64,000 bases of DNA, from positions 248,001-312,000 of the forward strand of contig QPMI01000066.1 in NCBI GenBank assembly GCA_004431415.1. Direction: 5' to 3'. The notes beneath the pieces are model-generated. The model worked only from the letters and a program-made list of their open reading frames with translations. It was not told the origin of the DNA and did not search any database. Source of the stretch: Cyanophora paradoxa CCMP329. Its lineage: Eukaryota; Plantae; Glaucophyta. Position 1 is the first letter of the stretch. Every line of letters starts with the position of its first letter. The translations under genes and the position numbers were made by a program. Positions 62,952-64,000 of this stretch are shown here, piece after piece.

Positions 62952-64000
62952 ATGGAGGACGACGACGAGGATTTCGACTTCCGAGGCTTCCAAGCGCGCG
63001 GCGGGGGCGGCTTGTCCTACGGGCTGGAGCTGGATGGCGCTGGCTTCGGAGATGGGGGGCGAGCGGCGAGCCACGCGGCCCCCCACGCAGCTCCCGAACC
63101 GCCTGCAAAGCGGGCGCGCACGGAAGCTGCGCCCCAGCAGCGCGCATCGGGCGCGGCACGGGTCCCGGACTTCTTCGACGACAGCAACGCGGACTACGTC
63201 AACACCAAGGCGCAGTCCGACGTCCCCGTGCCGCAGCTGGACCCCGGTTCGCACCGCTCGCGCCCTGCAGGCCTGCTGCGGCCCGCTCGCCGGCGGATGG
63301 AATGCGAGCGGGCGAGCGCGGCGCAGAGGTGCTGCGGAGGGCGGACGCGAACTCGAAGCGCTCGGGCATGGCCGTGGACTCCAAGTTCAAGAAGATGATG
63401 GTGCGTTTCGCTCCCGCGCTCCCCGCCGCCGCCCCGGACCGATCGCGCCGCGTCCGCGCGCAGCAAAAGCACGGGTGGACGGAGGGCAAGGGTCTGGGCG
63501 CGCGGGAGCAGGGCCGCGCGAGCGCGATCGAGGACGACGGGAACGTCGGGCGCGCCGGCCTCGGCTTCGAGCACGGGGTCGTCCGGCAGGTGAGCGGCGC
63601 CCGGCCCGACCGCCCGCTCCCGCTCCTGAGCGCGCCGCCCCGCCCCGCCCTGGTTCGTTCGCGCGCAGGTGCACAGCGTGAACGATGCGTACGTTCCGCT
63701 GCGTGAGGAGATCGAGTGGATCAGCTGCACGCGCCCGTACGACCCTGCGCACGACTTCAGCAAAGGCTTCCGCATCGGAGCGGTGCGCCGCGCCGCGCTC
63801 GCCGCGCTCCCCTCCCGGCGCCTCCGAGCTCTTCCTGGCAGCCCGAGGGCATCGCCGGGGTACCGCTCAACCTGAGCCGCTACGCCGACACGACCCTCAC
63901 GGACGAGATCCTCAAGTGCAAGGCGCGCCTGTACCCCCCCCGCTTTCGGGACGCGTACCCCCTGACCCCGCCCCTTCCCCCCCCCTTCAGTCCCGTTTCG
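62952..64000 (+). CDS. CMTR1: 5' part of a G-patch protein, likely cap-specific mRNA 2'-O-methyltransferase 1
   Basis: G-patch KMM|QKHGWTEGKGLGAREQGR..GRAGLG, then EEIEWISC..TDEILKCK resembling the CMTR1 segment before the methyltransferase domain; truncated by the window edge. Confidence 0.6.

Overview
Very GC-rich, intron-dense eukaryotic DNA with many ~55-100 nt introns, so the ORF track is mostly spurious or antisense. Style and gene content suggest an alga or protist such as a glaucophyte (inference only). By splicing by eye I can support 13 protein genes: an SDP1/TGL4-type patatin lipase, two paralogous (Cys-motif+TPR)x2-coiled coil-RING-H2-Pro-rich genes, a SAM-like protein, a beta-amylase with an N-terminal zinc ribbon, a G-patch protein, a dynamin-like GTPase, a GH47 alpha-1,2-mannosidase, an arrestin-fold protein, a CK1-like kinase and three hypothetical genes. 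The 5' part of a CMTR1-like gene lies at the right edge. There are also two poly(A)+16-bp-TSD insertions and several minisatellites. The most striking signal is not a gene. Non-coding DNA is saturated with X-rc(X)-X motifs (X = any 3-mer), and aligning local duplicates shows these arise as exact 6-bp inverted-triplication insertions. A second stereotyped 8-bp insertion turns GTG into GTG-CCACG-GTG. Both look like footprints of a hairpin-based cut-and-repair process. Splicing is also unusual: donors are G(T/C)NCG-type with +4 C, GC-AG introns are frequent, long introns contain duplicated 'ghost' splice junctions, and a 10-nt micro-exon encodes a kinase catalytic loop. Exon boundaries and start codons were inferred manually and are approximate.
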